Origin: Ruminococcus albus 7 = DSM 20455
GTDB lineage: Bacteria; Bacillota; Clostridia; Oscillospirales; Ruminococcaceae
Assembly: GCF_000179635.2 (NCBI RefSeq)
Contig: NC_014833.1
Coordinates: 3,210,001 to 3,242,000 of the forward strand
Reading direction: 5' to 3'
Length of the DNA: 32,000 bases
The translations under genes and the position numbers were made by a program. A model generated the notes under the pieces. That model was given only the letters and a program-made list of their open reading frames with translations. It was not told the origin of the DNA and searched no databases. Shown piece by piece: positions 9,757 through 18,571 of the stretch. The first letter of the stretch is position 1. Every line of letters begins with the position of its first letter.

Positions 9757-9786
9757 ATATTACAATATATCCGCAATTAATGTCAA
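9757..9786 (-). promoter_or_regulatory. putative promoter of the zinc-ribbon/DUF4177/MBL operon
   Basis: On the minus strand: TTGACA (9786-9781), 18-nt spacer, TAATAT (9762-9757), about 15 nt upstream of the RBS. Confidence 0.5.
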
Positions 9787-9822
9787 GCCTTGTCCTGCTT
9801 GATGCTGACCGATTATTGCGGA

Positions 9823-10593
9823 CTATCCCAGCCGCTTGAATTGGTCGGCACCTACACCGCAGACGGGACAAACATAGTCTTCGGGGAGTGCGCCCTCGTA
9901 AACATATCCGCAGACCTCGCACACCCATTTTTCATCTGCATCATCTGCCGAAGCCGCATCGGATGGCTTTTCCTCAGCACCGCCGTCCATGCGGGTGAAA
10001 TCAGCCGCACCGTGTTTGCACAGAGGACAGACGAAATCATCGGGGAGATGACCCTCGTAGATATAGCCGCATATATTGCATACCCATCTCTCCCCCGTAC
10101 TGCCCCCGGATGCCGCCGCAGGCTTTGGCTTTACATTGGCATGATAATATGCATAGGTCATAGGTGCTTTGTCGGATATCACTTCACCGTCGGCAACGTC
10201 CGCGATGAACATTGTATGGGTGCCAAGGTCAACTGTCTGCACTACCTCACAGCTGATATACGCGCACACGCCCTTCTCAATTATCGGCAGACCGTTCTCC
10301 GCCTTTTTCAGTGCGTAGTCATAGAACTTGTTGCCCCATCTTCCGCTTTGGAAACCAAAGTGTGTAAACAGGGAAAAGTCCGCACTTTCGTCTATCATCG
10401 AAACATTGAACCTGCCGCTTGTGCGTATCATATACTCGGTGAAATTGCCCTTGTTCACCGTTACGGATACGCGGTTGGGCGAAGTCGTCACCTGTGCCAG
10501 CGTATTGATGATGCACCCGTTAAACTGGTTGCCGCACCTTGCTGTCAGCACATACAGCCCATAAGTTATTTTGTTCATTACTTTCATATCCAT
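9823..10593 (-). CDS. flavin reductase-like domain fused to two rubredoxin domains (high-molecular-weight rubredoxin type)
   Basis: The N-terminal ~165 aa are flavin-reductase-like ([10 protein letters not shown]...NGCIINT). Two rubredoxin modules follow: [12 protein letters not shown]...CPLC and [12 protein letters not shown]...CPVCG. AGGAGG RBS 7 nt upstream. Confidence 0.85.
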   Translation of the reverse strand: MDMKVMNKITYGLYVLTARCGNQFNGCIINTLAQVTTSPNRVSVTVNKGNFTEYMIRTSGRFNVSMIDESADFSLFTHFGFQSGRWGNKFYDYALKKAENGLPIIEKGVCAYISCEVVQTVDLGTHTMFIADVADGEVISDKAPMTYAYYHANVKPKPAAASGGSTGERWVCNICGYIYEGHLPDDFVCPLCKHGAADFTRMDGGAEEKPSDAASADDADEKWVCEVCGYVYEGALPEDYVCPVCGVGADQFKRLG

Positions 10594-10682
10594 GAAATGA
10601 CCTCCTTTTTATGACAGACTCTCCCGCCTGCCTTATTTTTAAACTAAATTTTTGCAAAAGTGTTCCTAAGGAAAATCAGAAT

Positions 10683-11003
10683 TTATTGATCGATGCACTT
10701 CCATTTTATGGAGTTGACACAATGAGAACGAATTTTAGAAATAGCATCTAATGCAGTAATTGTCCCATTATACTTAAAAGTGATGATATTTTGTTCTGCA
10801 TTATCAGTGTGCTCAATTTCAAAATCCCACGCTCCATTATGGTCTAATACTCTTATACAAAATAAAGTAAGTTCATGTAGGTCACTTTCATCGGGAGCGA
10901 ATACGATCACTTTTGCATTTCTGAAATCATTTGGATCCTTTTCGTGAGCAGAATCCCACCAATATTCCAATGCTTGATTATCGTAATATGAATAGGGTTT
11001 CAT
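10683..11003 (-). CDS. hypothetical protein in a visibly AT-rich segment
   Basis: 106-aa ORF with GGAGG 6 nt upstream of the ATG. Its composition is markedly more AT-rich than the neighbours. No family recognised. Confidence 0.55.
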   Translation of the reverse strand: MKPYSYYDNQALEYWWDSAHEKDPNDFRNAKVIVFAPDESDLHELTLFCIRVLDHNGAWDFEIEHTDNAEQNIITFKYNGTITALDAISKIRSHCVNSIKWKCIDQ

Positions 11004-11061
11004 TTTTTACCTCCACAAATCCCGATCTAACTCAACAGCACAAAAGCCAAAAGGTACTTTG

Positions 11062-11099
11062 TAAATAAAAAGGGGGAAAGACCCTGCGGTCATTCCCCC
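11062..11099 (-). terminator. rho-independent terminator of the 59-aa ORF
   Basis: On the minus strand: GGGGGAA (11099-11093) / TTCCCCC (11078-11072) stem, followed by TTTTTATTT. Confidence 0.7.
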
Positions 11100-11105
11100 T
11101 GCGTG

Positions 11106-11285
11106 TTACTGATCTGCTTTCTCCAGAATGAAGTACTCTTCATGTGCATCGCACTTGAAGCTCTTGATGACCCAGCCGCTGTCAACCAGAAGGTTGAGTT
11201 TTTCTATCCGCTGGAACCTGTCGTATGCAGGTGCGCTGTTTTCATCTGAAGAGGCTGATTTTCTGATGAAAAATGTCTTCTCCAT
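11106..11285 (-). CDS. small hypothetical protein, 59 aa (below the ORF-track cutoff)
   Basis: My own translation gives MEKTFFIRKSASSDENSAPAYDRFQRIEKLNLLVDSGWVIKSFKCDAHEEYFILEKADQ. It is flanked by a consensus-like promoter (11341-11369) and a terminator (11062-11099). The RBS is weak and purine-rich (GGAAAGAAG). Confidence 0.55.
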   Translation of the reverse strand: MEKTFFIRKSASSDENSAPAYDRFQRIEKLNLLVDSGWVIKSFKCDAHEEYFILEKADQ

Positions 11286-11340
11286 AATTAACGCTTCTTT
11301 CCGAGAATGTTCTCATGACCCGACTGCTTATATAAGCTGT

Positions 11341-11369
11341 ATTATACTACATTTTCCGCGTTTTTGCAA
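11341..11369 (-). promoter_or_regulatory. promoter for the 59-aa ORF
   Basis: On the minus strand: TTGCAA (11369-11364), 17 nt, TATAAT (11346-11341). Confidence 0.65.
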
Positions 11370-11486
11370 GCGTTTCCCGGAAAATTTAACCGTCTTGTAA
11401 TATTTGCAGTCCCGTTTTTTGAACTTTTCCCGAAATCGGGTGGTTTGAGCTTACAGTGTGTCATTTACGATGCTGAAGTATGGCTT

Positions 11487-11744
11487 TTAGTTTGCTAAGC
11501 CGAGTGAAAGAACACAATGCCCATTATCACACCCCATTCTTTCATCCGTCCTGCCGTCATCCGATACATATATCAAAGATCCGCTGCCGTTCTCTTCGAC
11601 ATACAGCCTGTCATTTTCACGGTTCCCTACCTGTTCTTCCACCGTTGCGGAGTTATTTTCTCCGCCGCTGTCAGTATTGCCACTGCCGGCAGAGCATCCC
11701 CCAAGCAGAAATACCAGGATACTCACGAATGCCGCTTTTCTCAT
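11487..11744 (-). CDS. small lipoprotein
   Basis: 85 aa. Signal peptide MRKAAFVSILVFLLGGC with an L-G-G-C lipobox, then a Gly/Ser/Asn/Glu-rich mature part. Confidence 0.65.
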   Translation of the reverse strand: MRKAAFVSILVFLLGGCSAGSGNTDSGGENNSATVEEQVGNRENDRLYVEENGSGSLIYVSDDGRTDERMGCDNGHCVLSLGLAN

Positions 11745-11789
11745 TGTGTCCGTTCACCTCCGTCACAGCTTTGCCCGAAAAATACGAGC

Positions 11790-12044
11790 CTATTTCTTTT
11801 TATTATCTGCAAGCAGACATATTATCCCCACGATGACCACAACACCTCCGCCAATACAGAGAAATATCTGTTTGCCTGAGCCGTCTTGTTCATCCATCTG
11901 TGCCTTGTCACCGTCTTCAGCTAATATCGCCGCATCCGAAGCAGTGTCTGCCGTGGATCTTTCCGCGCCTGCGGACACAGCACCGATCCACACAAACGCC
12001 GCAAACACAAAGCTGCATATCAGCCGTTTGTATATACTTCTCAT
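11790..12044 (-). CDS. small secreted, C-terminally membrane-anchored protein
   Basis: ATG at 12044 is preceded by GGAGG; the ORF-track start at 12107 has none. It has signal peptide MRSIYKRLICSFVFAAFVWIGAVSAGA, an acidic middle, and a C-terminal hydrophobic helix with a KKK tail. Confidence 0.55.
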   Translation of the reverse strand: MRSIYKRLICSFVFAAFVWIGAVSAGAERSTADTASDAAILAEDGDKAQMDEQDGSGKQIFLCIGGGVVVIVGIICLLADNKKK

Positions 12045-12475
12045 GATCAAGCCTCCGTTCACGCGCAATACAAATACCATGTTCATATTCCGTAACATTA
12101 CTATCACAATTATAAAAATTGCATCTTACTCATTTTAATTATACACCTTTTCTCAATTGTTAGCAATCAATAACATTCACAAAATTTAGCCTGTTTAATA
12201 TGGCACTTCAACCAATTACTTAACGAAGTCGTTTTCGCTGAATACTGAATCCTTCCATTAAAACAATTTACAGATGATCATAAGTTATTTTTATACATGG
12301 CTATCACTTTGACACACCGCTACAAAGTGATATATAACAATGGATCATCGTGTTGATGTTACCCTGTTCTGATATTACACCAGCTTGATCGGTGTGTAAG
12401 CGGGATGATCAGATTTTTATATACTTTGACAGTATCTGCCGCTTAACAACAGCAGGATAATTTTCTTAAAAAATA

Positions 12476-12504
12476 TTGACTAAAACAGCAATATATGCTA
12501 TTAT
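12476..12504 (+). promoter_or_regulatory. promoter of manA
   Basis: TTGACT (12476-12481), 17 nt, TATTAT (12499-12504), about 85 nt upstream of the manA ATG. Confidence 0.65.
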
Positions 12505-12591
12505 AGTATAGAGTGTGAATTTTAGATTTTTCGATAAGTGCGTGTGCATAAAAAATGTACGCGATAAGGTAATAAAAGAGGGGTATATGAT

Positions 12592-13548
12592 ATGGGTATT
12601 TATTTATTAGAACCCGCTTTCAAAGATTATATCTGGGGCGGAACAAGACTGAGAGATGAGTATGGCAAGGATTGCAGCTACGACAAGGTCGCTGAAAGCT
12701 GGGAGCTTTCATGCCACAAGGACGGTCCGAGCGTTATATCGGGCAGCGGCATGACACTGCAGGAGCTCATCGACAAAGAAGGCAGACAGATACTTGGCAC
12801 CAACTGCGAAAGGTTCGAGAATTTCCCGATACTGATCAAGCTGATAGATGCCAAGGATAACCTTTCGGTGCAGGTACACCCCGATAATGACTACGCTATG
12901 CGTGTCGAAGGCGAGTACGGCAAGACCGAGATGTGGTATGTTGTGGACTGCGACGAGGGCGCTGAGCTCCTCTATGGGTTCAAGCATGAGATAAGCAAGG
13001 AAGAATTTGCACAGCGCATAGCTGATAACACCCTGCTGGAAGTCACAAACAACGTCCCCGTACATAAGGGCGATGTTTTCTTCATAAAGTCGGGTACTCT
13101 GCACGCTATCGGCAAGGGTATACTCATCGCTGAGATACAGCAGAATTCAAACACCACCTACCGTATCTACGATTACGGCAGAGTAGGCAAGGACGGCAAG
13201 CCCCGTGAGCTTCATGTGGAAAAGGCTAAGGATGTCACAAAGCTCGCTCCTGCCGAAACTTATCCCGATACCCCTGTGGTACAGGAAAACGGAGCAAGCA
13301 TAAAGCTGCTTTCAAAGTGTGAATACTTCACCACCTACAAGGTGGATATCGAGGAAAAGGCAGAGTTTGATGCGGACGACAGTTCGTTTGTCAGCCTGCT
13401 GATACTGGAAGGCTCTCCCGTTGTTACAGACGGCAATTCCGACCCTGTAAGTGCCAAAAAGGGCGACAGTCTGTTCATATCCGCAGGTACGGGCAGATTC
13501 ACTGTCGAGGGCAGCTGCAGCCTGATACTAACGAAGATAGACGACTGA
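12592..13548 (+). CDS. manA: mannose-6-phosphate isomerase, class I
   Basis: 318 aa. It has the type-I PMI pattern: EPAFKDYIWGGTRL, FPILIKLIDAKDNLSVQVHPD, KTEMWYV, and the HAIG cupin His region. Confidence 0.85.
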   Translation: MGIYLLEPAFKDYIWGGTRLRDEYGKDCSYDKVAESWELSCHKDGPSVISGSGMTLQELIDKEGRQILGTNCERFENFPILIKLIDAKDNLSVQVHPDNDYAMRVEGEYGKTEMWYVVDCDEGAELLYGFKHEISKEEFAQRIADNTLLEVTNNVPVHKGDVFFIKSGTLHAIGKGILIAEIQQNSNTTYRIYDYGRVGKDGKPRELHVEKAKDVTKLAPAETYPDTPVVQENGASIKLLSKCEYFTTYKVDIEEKAEFDADDSSFVSLLILEGSPVVTDGNSDPVSAKKGDSLFISAGTGRFTVEGSCSLILTKIDD

Positions 13549-13634
13549 AAATGAGTTTTGAATAATTTCTCGAAGATGTAAACACAGAGAAATATATCTA
13601 TCTTGACAGGCTGGCAGAGACCGAGGACGGACTT

Positions 13635-14018
13635 GTGATAGATATCATGGGTACAACGACCTCTCCCATAGACGAGCAGGATATAGCAAGTACGGCAGAG
13701 GAGTTCGGTGAAGATGTGGCTGAACTTGTAAAAAAGAGCATTTCCATTGACCCGAATGAGGACAGACGCTGGCGGCTGGTTTTCGAGACATACATAAGCT
13801 ACGCCGTTATAAACGAGAGTTATGACAACGGCGACAGAGGCACAAGTGACGATCATAACTGCGTATGTACAGCGACAGATTCCGACTGGCTCGATTATGT
13901 AAAGATCAGCACCTTTGCCCATCAGATATTTGATGATATCAAGCATTATCAGATATGCTGTCTCGACCACATAATCAATGTGGCGGCAGATACTGAGCCT
14001 GTCATAAAAAAGTTATAA
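13635..14018 (+). CDS. hypothetical acidic protein
   Basis: 127-aa ORF. The GTG start at 13635 has GAGGA 7 nt upstream; the alternative ATG is at 13647. No family recognised. Confidence 0.5.
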   Translation: MIDIMGTTTSPIDEQDIASTAEEFGEDVAELVKKSISIDPNEDRRWRLVFETYISYAVINESYDNGDRGTSDDHNCVCTATDSDWLDYVKISTFAHQIFDDIKHYQICCLDHIINVAADTEPVIKKL

Positions 14019-14103
14019 GGCGAATATGACCGCAGTGCGTTCCTGAAACAGTTAAATAAGGAAAGCGGGATATCCGCAAATAAATATTTAGGAGTTGGAT
14101 AAT

Positions 14104-15057
14104 ATGAAATATTACATTGGTATCGACCTTGGAGGCACCAACATCAAAGCAGGTGTTGTAAGCGAGGATTTCAAGATAGTTGCCAAAGCAAGCTGCAAGA
14201 CCAACCTCCCCAGACCCGGTGAGGAGATATGCGCTGATATGGCTAAGGTAGCCCTTGAAGCTGTCAAGGAAGCAGGACTTACCCTTGACGATATCGAAGC
14301 TGTAGGCATCGGTACCCCCGGTACTGCAAATTCCGAGGCAGGTGTGATCGAGTATTCCAACAATCTGGGATTCCTGAACTTTCCTGTTGTAAAACTGATG
14401 AAAACACATATCGACAAGCCCTGCTATGTTGAAAACGATGCTAACGCAGCTGCATACGGCGAGTATATCGCAGGTGCTGCAAAGGGCGCTAACGACGCAG
14501 TATGCATCACCCTCGGCACAGGCGTGGGCGGCGGTATAATCATAAACGGCAAGATATACTCGGGCTTCAATTACGCAGGCGCCGAGATCGGTCATACAGT
14601 TATAAACGTTGACGGTCCTCAGTGTACCTGCGGAAGAAGAGGATGCTTTGAGGTATATTCCTCTGCGACCGGACTTATCCGCATGACCAACGAAGCCATC
14701 GCAAAACACCCCGAGAGCATACTGAAAGAAGAGGCTGATGACAACGGCAAGGTATCTGCAAGAACAGCCTTCAATGCCATGAGAAAGGGCGATGCTGTTG
14801 CAAAGCAGGTAGTCGATGATTACATCAGGTACCTCGCCTGCGGTATCGCAAACACCATAAATATCTTCCAGCCAGATATACTCTGCATAGGCGGAGGCGT
14901 ATGCAACGAGGGCGATCCTCTGCTGCTGCCCCTCAAGGAGCTGGTAGCTAAGGAAGTATACACAAGAAATTCCGAAAAGAACACCGAGATAGTTATTGCC
15001 AAGCTTGGCAACGATGCAGGTATAATCGGTGCGGCTTTCCTGGGTCTTAACAAATAA
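14104..15057 (+). CDS. glcK: ROK-family glucokinase
   Basis: YIGIDLGGTNIKAG, ENDANAAAYGE and the ROK zinc motif CTCGRRGCFEVY. ATG 14104 follows AGGAG by 9 nt; the ORF-track start at 14095 is a TTG. Confidence 0.85.
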   Translation: MKYYIGIDLGGTNIKAGVVSEDFKIVAKASCKTNLPRPGEEICADMAKVALEAVKEAGLTLDDIEAVGIGTPGTANSEAGVIEYSNNLGFLNFPVVKLMKTHIDKPCYVENDANAAAYGEYIAGAAKGANDAVCITLGTGVGGGIIINGKIYSGFNYAGAEIGHTVINVDGPQCTCGRRGCFEVYSSATGLIRMTNEAIAKHPESILKEEADDNGKVSARTAFNAMRKGDAVAKQVVDDYIRYLACGIANTINIFQPDILCIGGGVCNEGDPLLLPLKELVAKEVYTRNSEKNTEIVIAKLGNDAGIIGAAFLGLNK

Positions 15058-15086
15058 GTATAGTACATAGTCTTGGAGGCTTTGAT

Positions 15087-15563
15087 ATGGGTTTAAAGGA
15101 TAAACTTGCAGCCGCTGCAGGAAATGCAAAGGAATATGTAGAGAGCGGAAAGCTCCGCGAAGGCTTTGATAAGACCATGGCTCCCGTCCGCGAATACGTT
15201 CAGAGCGGCAGGATGCACGATGATGCCAGCAGAGCTGTCAAAAGTACCAAGGAATTTCTCGGCAGCGGAAAGCTGGGAGAAGAAGCAGGCAAAGCGGTCA
15301 CTAAGACCAAGGAATTTGTGACCAGCGGCAAGATACAGGACAAAGCAAGTGCAGCCGTAAAGGGTGCAAAAGAATACGTCGGCAGCGGAAGGCTGAAAAG
15401 CGATGCCGCAAGGACTGTGGACAGCGTCAAGAGCGTTTTCACGGGTGAAGATGCCGTGGCACGCCGCAAGGCTGAAGAAAAGGGCAGACCCGAAGGCGAG
15501 ATCGTCGATGTCGAGTCAGTAGCCGAAGTACCGGAGGAGGATACGGATAATAAAGATCAGTGA
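15087..15563 (+). CDS. tandem-repeat protein (five 20-aa repeats) with an acidic tail
   Basis: 158 aa. Residues 15-114 are five head-to-tail copies of K/R-E-Y/F-V/L-x-S-G-K/R-hydrophobic-x5-6-A-V-x3. GGAGG RBS upstream. Confidence 0.7.
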   Translation: MGLKDKLAAAAGNAKEYVESGKLREGFDKTMAPVREYVQSGRMHDDASRAVKSTKEFLGSGKLGEEAGKAVTKTKEFVTSGKIQDKASAAVKGAKEYVGSGRLKSDAARTVDSVKSVFTGEDAVARRKAEEKGRPEGEIVDVESVAEVPEEDTDNKDQ

Positions 15564-15591
15564 TCTTTTTTTCCGCATGAGATAAACGAAT

Positions 15592-16260
15592 ATGAAGCTT
15601 AAACTTAACAAATTGCATTTAATAGGTCTGGCGGTGTTCGTTATCGGTATCGCCGCTATGATATTCGGAATGGTGATACTTTTCAGGTGCATAAACATAA
15701 AGGATATATCAAAGCTGAAATATGATGATATAAAAAGCGGTGTTTATGTCAATGGAGAACTCTCCACTGTAGTAAAAGGCTATCCAATCAACGCCACTGA
15801 CGAAGGTGTCGAACCCCTTGAACTCTATACCACAGATTCGGATGAGATAAGCGAGGGCGCTTACAAATCCTATTTTCTGGTGGAGCTTGATAATGACAAG
15901 GGCAAGTATGTATGCGTGATAATCGACGAGTATCTTTATACCGATCTGTATCATCAGCTATTCTCGGGCAATATGGAAAAGTATAATCTTCCATATAAGG
16001 TAGAAGGCATCATCACAAGCCGCAAGGCTGACAAAAAGCTGATACAAGAAGGCGTAAAGAAGTGGAAGGATAAGTATAGCAGCCTTTATTACAACGCTCT
16101 GCCCGCATCTGATGTTGCCGAAGATAACGTAGCAGACTACTGCATAGAACTGAAACCACTGGGCTCAAGAAAAATGTGGTGGCTCTACTCCATCCCCCTG
16201 CTGTTTGCAGGCATATCCGTCTTTATACTTGGCGGCAGACCCTATGAAAGAATAAAATAG
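15592..16260 (+). CDS. membrane protein, two terminal TM helices
   Basis: 222 aa. N-terminal helix LIGLAVFVIGIAAMIFGMVILF and C-terminal helix WWLYSIPLLFAGISVFILGG. The RBS is weak. Confidence 0.6.
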   Translation: MKLKLNKLHLIGLAVFVIGIAAMIFGMVILFRCINIKDISKLKYDDIKSGVYVNGELSTVVKGYPINATDEGVEPLELYTTDSDEISEGAYKSYFLVELDNDKGKYVCVIIDEYLYTDLYHQLFSGNMEKYNLPYKVEGIITSRKADKKLIQEGVKKWKDKYSSLYYNALPASDVAEDNVADYCIELKPLGSRKMWWLYSIPLLFAGISVFILGGRPYERIK

Positions 16261-16301
16261 TCACCCAAAGGTGAAAAAATATAACAAAGAAGGTAATCAG
16301 A

Positions 16302-17966
16302 ATGTCAAACAATTATTTTTGCGAGGGCGTTGAGAAAGCCCCTCAGAGATCGCTGTTCAATGCACTGGGATTCACAAAAGAGGAAATGGAAAGACCTCTG
16401 GTAGGTATCGTTTCTTCCTACAACGAGATAGTTCCCGGTCATATGAACATCGACAAGATCGTTGAAGCTGTTAAGATGGGCGTTGCTATGGCAGGCGGTA
16501 CTCCCGTAATGTTCCCCGCTATCGCTGTTTGCGATGGTATCGCTATGGGTCATCAGGGTATGAAGTACTCGCTGGTTACAAGAGATCTTATCGCAGATTC
16601 CACTGAATGTATGGCACTGGCACATCACTTTGACGCTCTTGTTATGATACCCAACTGCGATAAGAACGTTCCCGGTCTGCTGATGGCAGCCGCTAGAGTG
16701 AACGTTCCTACTATATTCGTTTCAGGCGGTCCCATGCTGGCAGGACGTGTAAAGGGCAGCAAGACTTCCCTTTCAAGTATGTTTGAAGCAGTAGGCTCCT
16801 ACAATGCAGGCAAGATGACCCTTGAAGACGTTCAGGAATTCGAGGACAAGGCTTGTCCTTCCTGCGGTTCATGTTCGGGTATGTACACCGCAAACTCCAT
16901 GAACTGCCTGACAGAAGTTCTGGGTATGGGTCTGAGAGGAAACGGCACTATCCCCGCGGCTTACTCTGCAAGACTGAAGCTGGCTAAGCAGGCCGGTATG
17001 CAGGTAATGGAACTGCTGAAGAAGAATATCCGTCCCCGCGATATCATGACAGAAGCAGCTTTCAAGAACGCTATCGCTGCTGATATGGCTCTTGGATGTT
17101 CTACCAACTCCATGCTCCACCTGCCCGCTATCGCTCATGAGTGCGGCATAGACCTTGACCTCGAACTGGTAAACGAGATATCCGAGAAGACCCCCAACAT
17201 CTGCCACCTTGCACCTGCAGGTCACGCTTATATGGAAGACCTCAACGAAGCAGGCGGCGTATACGCTGTACTGGGTGAGCTTGCAAAGAAGGATCTCATC
17301 AACACCGACTGCCTCACCTGCACCGGCAAGACCGTCAAGGAAAATATTGCAGGCGTTGCAAACAAGGATACAAATATCATCAGACCTATCGACGATCCTT
17401 ATATGCCCAACGGCGGCATCGCTGTACTTAGAGGTAATCTGGCTCCCGATACCTGCGTAGTTAAGAGATCTGCAGTTGCTCCCGAAATGCTCAAGCACGA
17501 AGGACCTGCAAGAGTATTTGACAGTGAGGACGAGGCTATCGAGGCTATCCGCGGCGGCAAGATCGTTCCCGGTGATGTCGTAGTCATCAGATACGAAGGT
17601 CCTAAGGGCGGCCCCGGCATGAGAGAGATGCTCAACCCCACATCCGCAATACAGGGTATGGGTCTTGGCTCTACAGTAGCACTTATCACCGACGGACGTT
17701 TCAGCGGTGCAACAAGAGGTGCCGCTATCGGTCATGTTTCGCCTGAAGCTGCGCTCGGCGGAAACATCGCACTGGTAGAAGAAGGCGATATCATCGCAAT
17801 TGATATCAACGCTCACAGCATACAGCTTAAAGTCAGCGATGAAGAACTGGCTGAAAGAAGAAAGAACTGGACTCCCAGAGAGCCCAAGATCAAGACAGGT
17901 TATCTTGCACGTTATGCTTCGCTGGTCACATCGGCTAACAGAGGCGCGGTGCTGGAAATAAAGTAA
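16302..17966 (+). CDS. ilvD: dihydroxy-acid dehydratase
   Basis: 554 aa with full-length IlvD similarity: [62 protein letters not shown]. Confidence 0.95.
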   Translation: MSNNYFCEGVEKAPQRSLFNALGFTKEEMERPLVGIVSSYNEIVPGHMNIDKIVEAVKMGVAMAGGTPVMFPAIAVCDGIAMGHQGMKYSLVTRDLIADSTECMALAHHFDALVMIPNCDKNVPGLLMAAARVNVPTIFVSGGPMLAGRVKGSKTSLSSMFEAVGSYNAGKMTLEDVQEFEDKACPSCGSCSGMYTANSMNCLTEVLGMGLRGNGTIPAAYSARLKLAKQAGMQVMELLKKNIRPRDIMTEAAFKNAIAADMALGCSTNSMLHLPAIAHECGIDLDLELVNEISEKTPNICHLAPAGHAYMEDLNEAGGVYAVLGELAKKDLINTDCLTCTGKTVKENIAGVANKDTNIIRPIDDPYMPNGGIAVLRGNLAPDTCVVKRSAVAPEMLKHEGPARVFDSEDEAIEAIRGGKIVPGDVVVIRYEGPKGGPGMREMLNPTSAIQGMGLGSTVALITDGRFSGATRGAAIGHVSPEAALGGNIALVEEGDIIAIDINAHSIQLKVSDEELAERRKNWTPREPKIKTGYLARYASLVTSANRGAVLEIK

Positions 17967-17997
17967 ACCACTATAATACCGAACGGAGGAATTCAAC

Positions 17998-18567
17998 ATG
18001 AAAAAGGCAGTTTCAGGCATACTTGGCGTACTGTTCGTGATAATCGTTGTCTGCGGCGTATTTGTCTGCACATACATATTCAACGAACCCAACCACGATA
18101 AAGGCACAGATTCCAGACAGCTGGTCCTCGGTTACTGGACCGACGAAGATGATGACATAAGATTCTATTTTGACAAGTCAGGCGAATTCAAGATAGTTAA
18201 ACTCAGCGACGAGGATCACATCTACGCAGAGGGCTGGTTCAAGGTAAACGAAAAGGCAGGCAAGATCAAACTGATGCTCAACCCCAGAGGCGAAAGAGAT
18301 ACTTCCTATGATTTGGGTGAAAAACTGAAGCTGTTCTCTGAGATCACCTACAGAGATCTCAAAGCTGAAGAACCTTACTCCGACAAGGGCTGGACTTTCC
18401 TTTCTGAAAGACAGCGTAAAGAGATCATGGAAGCACCTTCAAGCTGTAAATTCATCATGTCAAATGCAAAGGAAAATGTTTACAACTGTGAAAGAACCAG
18501 AACCATCAAGGAATTCAATGGTGATGAAAAGGCTGATCAGCGTGTAAACGACGGAGCTAACAAGTAA
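17998..18567 (+). CDS. N-terminally membrane-anchored hypothetical protein
   Basis: 189 aa with GGAGG RBS and TM helix AVSGILGVLFVIIVVCGVFVCTYIF. No family recognised. Confidence 0.6.
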   Translation: MKKAVSGILGVLFVIIVVCGVFVCTYIFNEPNHDKGTDSRQLVLGYWTDEDDDIRFYFDKSGEFKIVKLSDEDHIYAEGWFKVNEKAGKIKLMLNPRGERDTSYDLGEKLKLFSEITYRDLKAEEPYSDKGWTFLSERQRKEIMEAPSSCKFIMSNAKENVYNCERTRTIKEFNGDEKADQRVNDGANK

Positions 18568-18571
18568 TTTC

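Noticed and set aside
9790-10614. 274-aa plus-strand ORF
   Set aside because: It is antisense to the flavin reductase/rubredoxin gene, which has clear domain motifs and an AGGAGG RBS. The plus-strand ORF has neither.
11128-11400. 90-aa plus-strand ORF
   Set aside because: The opposite strand carries a promoter, a 59-aa ORF and a terminator in proper order. The plus-strand ORF has no signals.
14002-15129. 375-aa minus-strand ORF
   Set aside because: It lies exactly antisense to the well-supported ROK glucokinase. It has no RBS and an odd Cys/Tyr/Leu-rich composition, typical of a shadow ORF opposite a codon-biased gene.
16869-18107. 412-aa minus-strand ORF
   Set aside because: It is antisense to ilvD, whose homology is unambiguous over its full length. 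Its composition is low-complexity and Cys/Ser-rich, with no start context.
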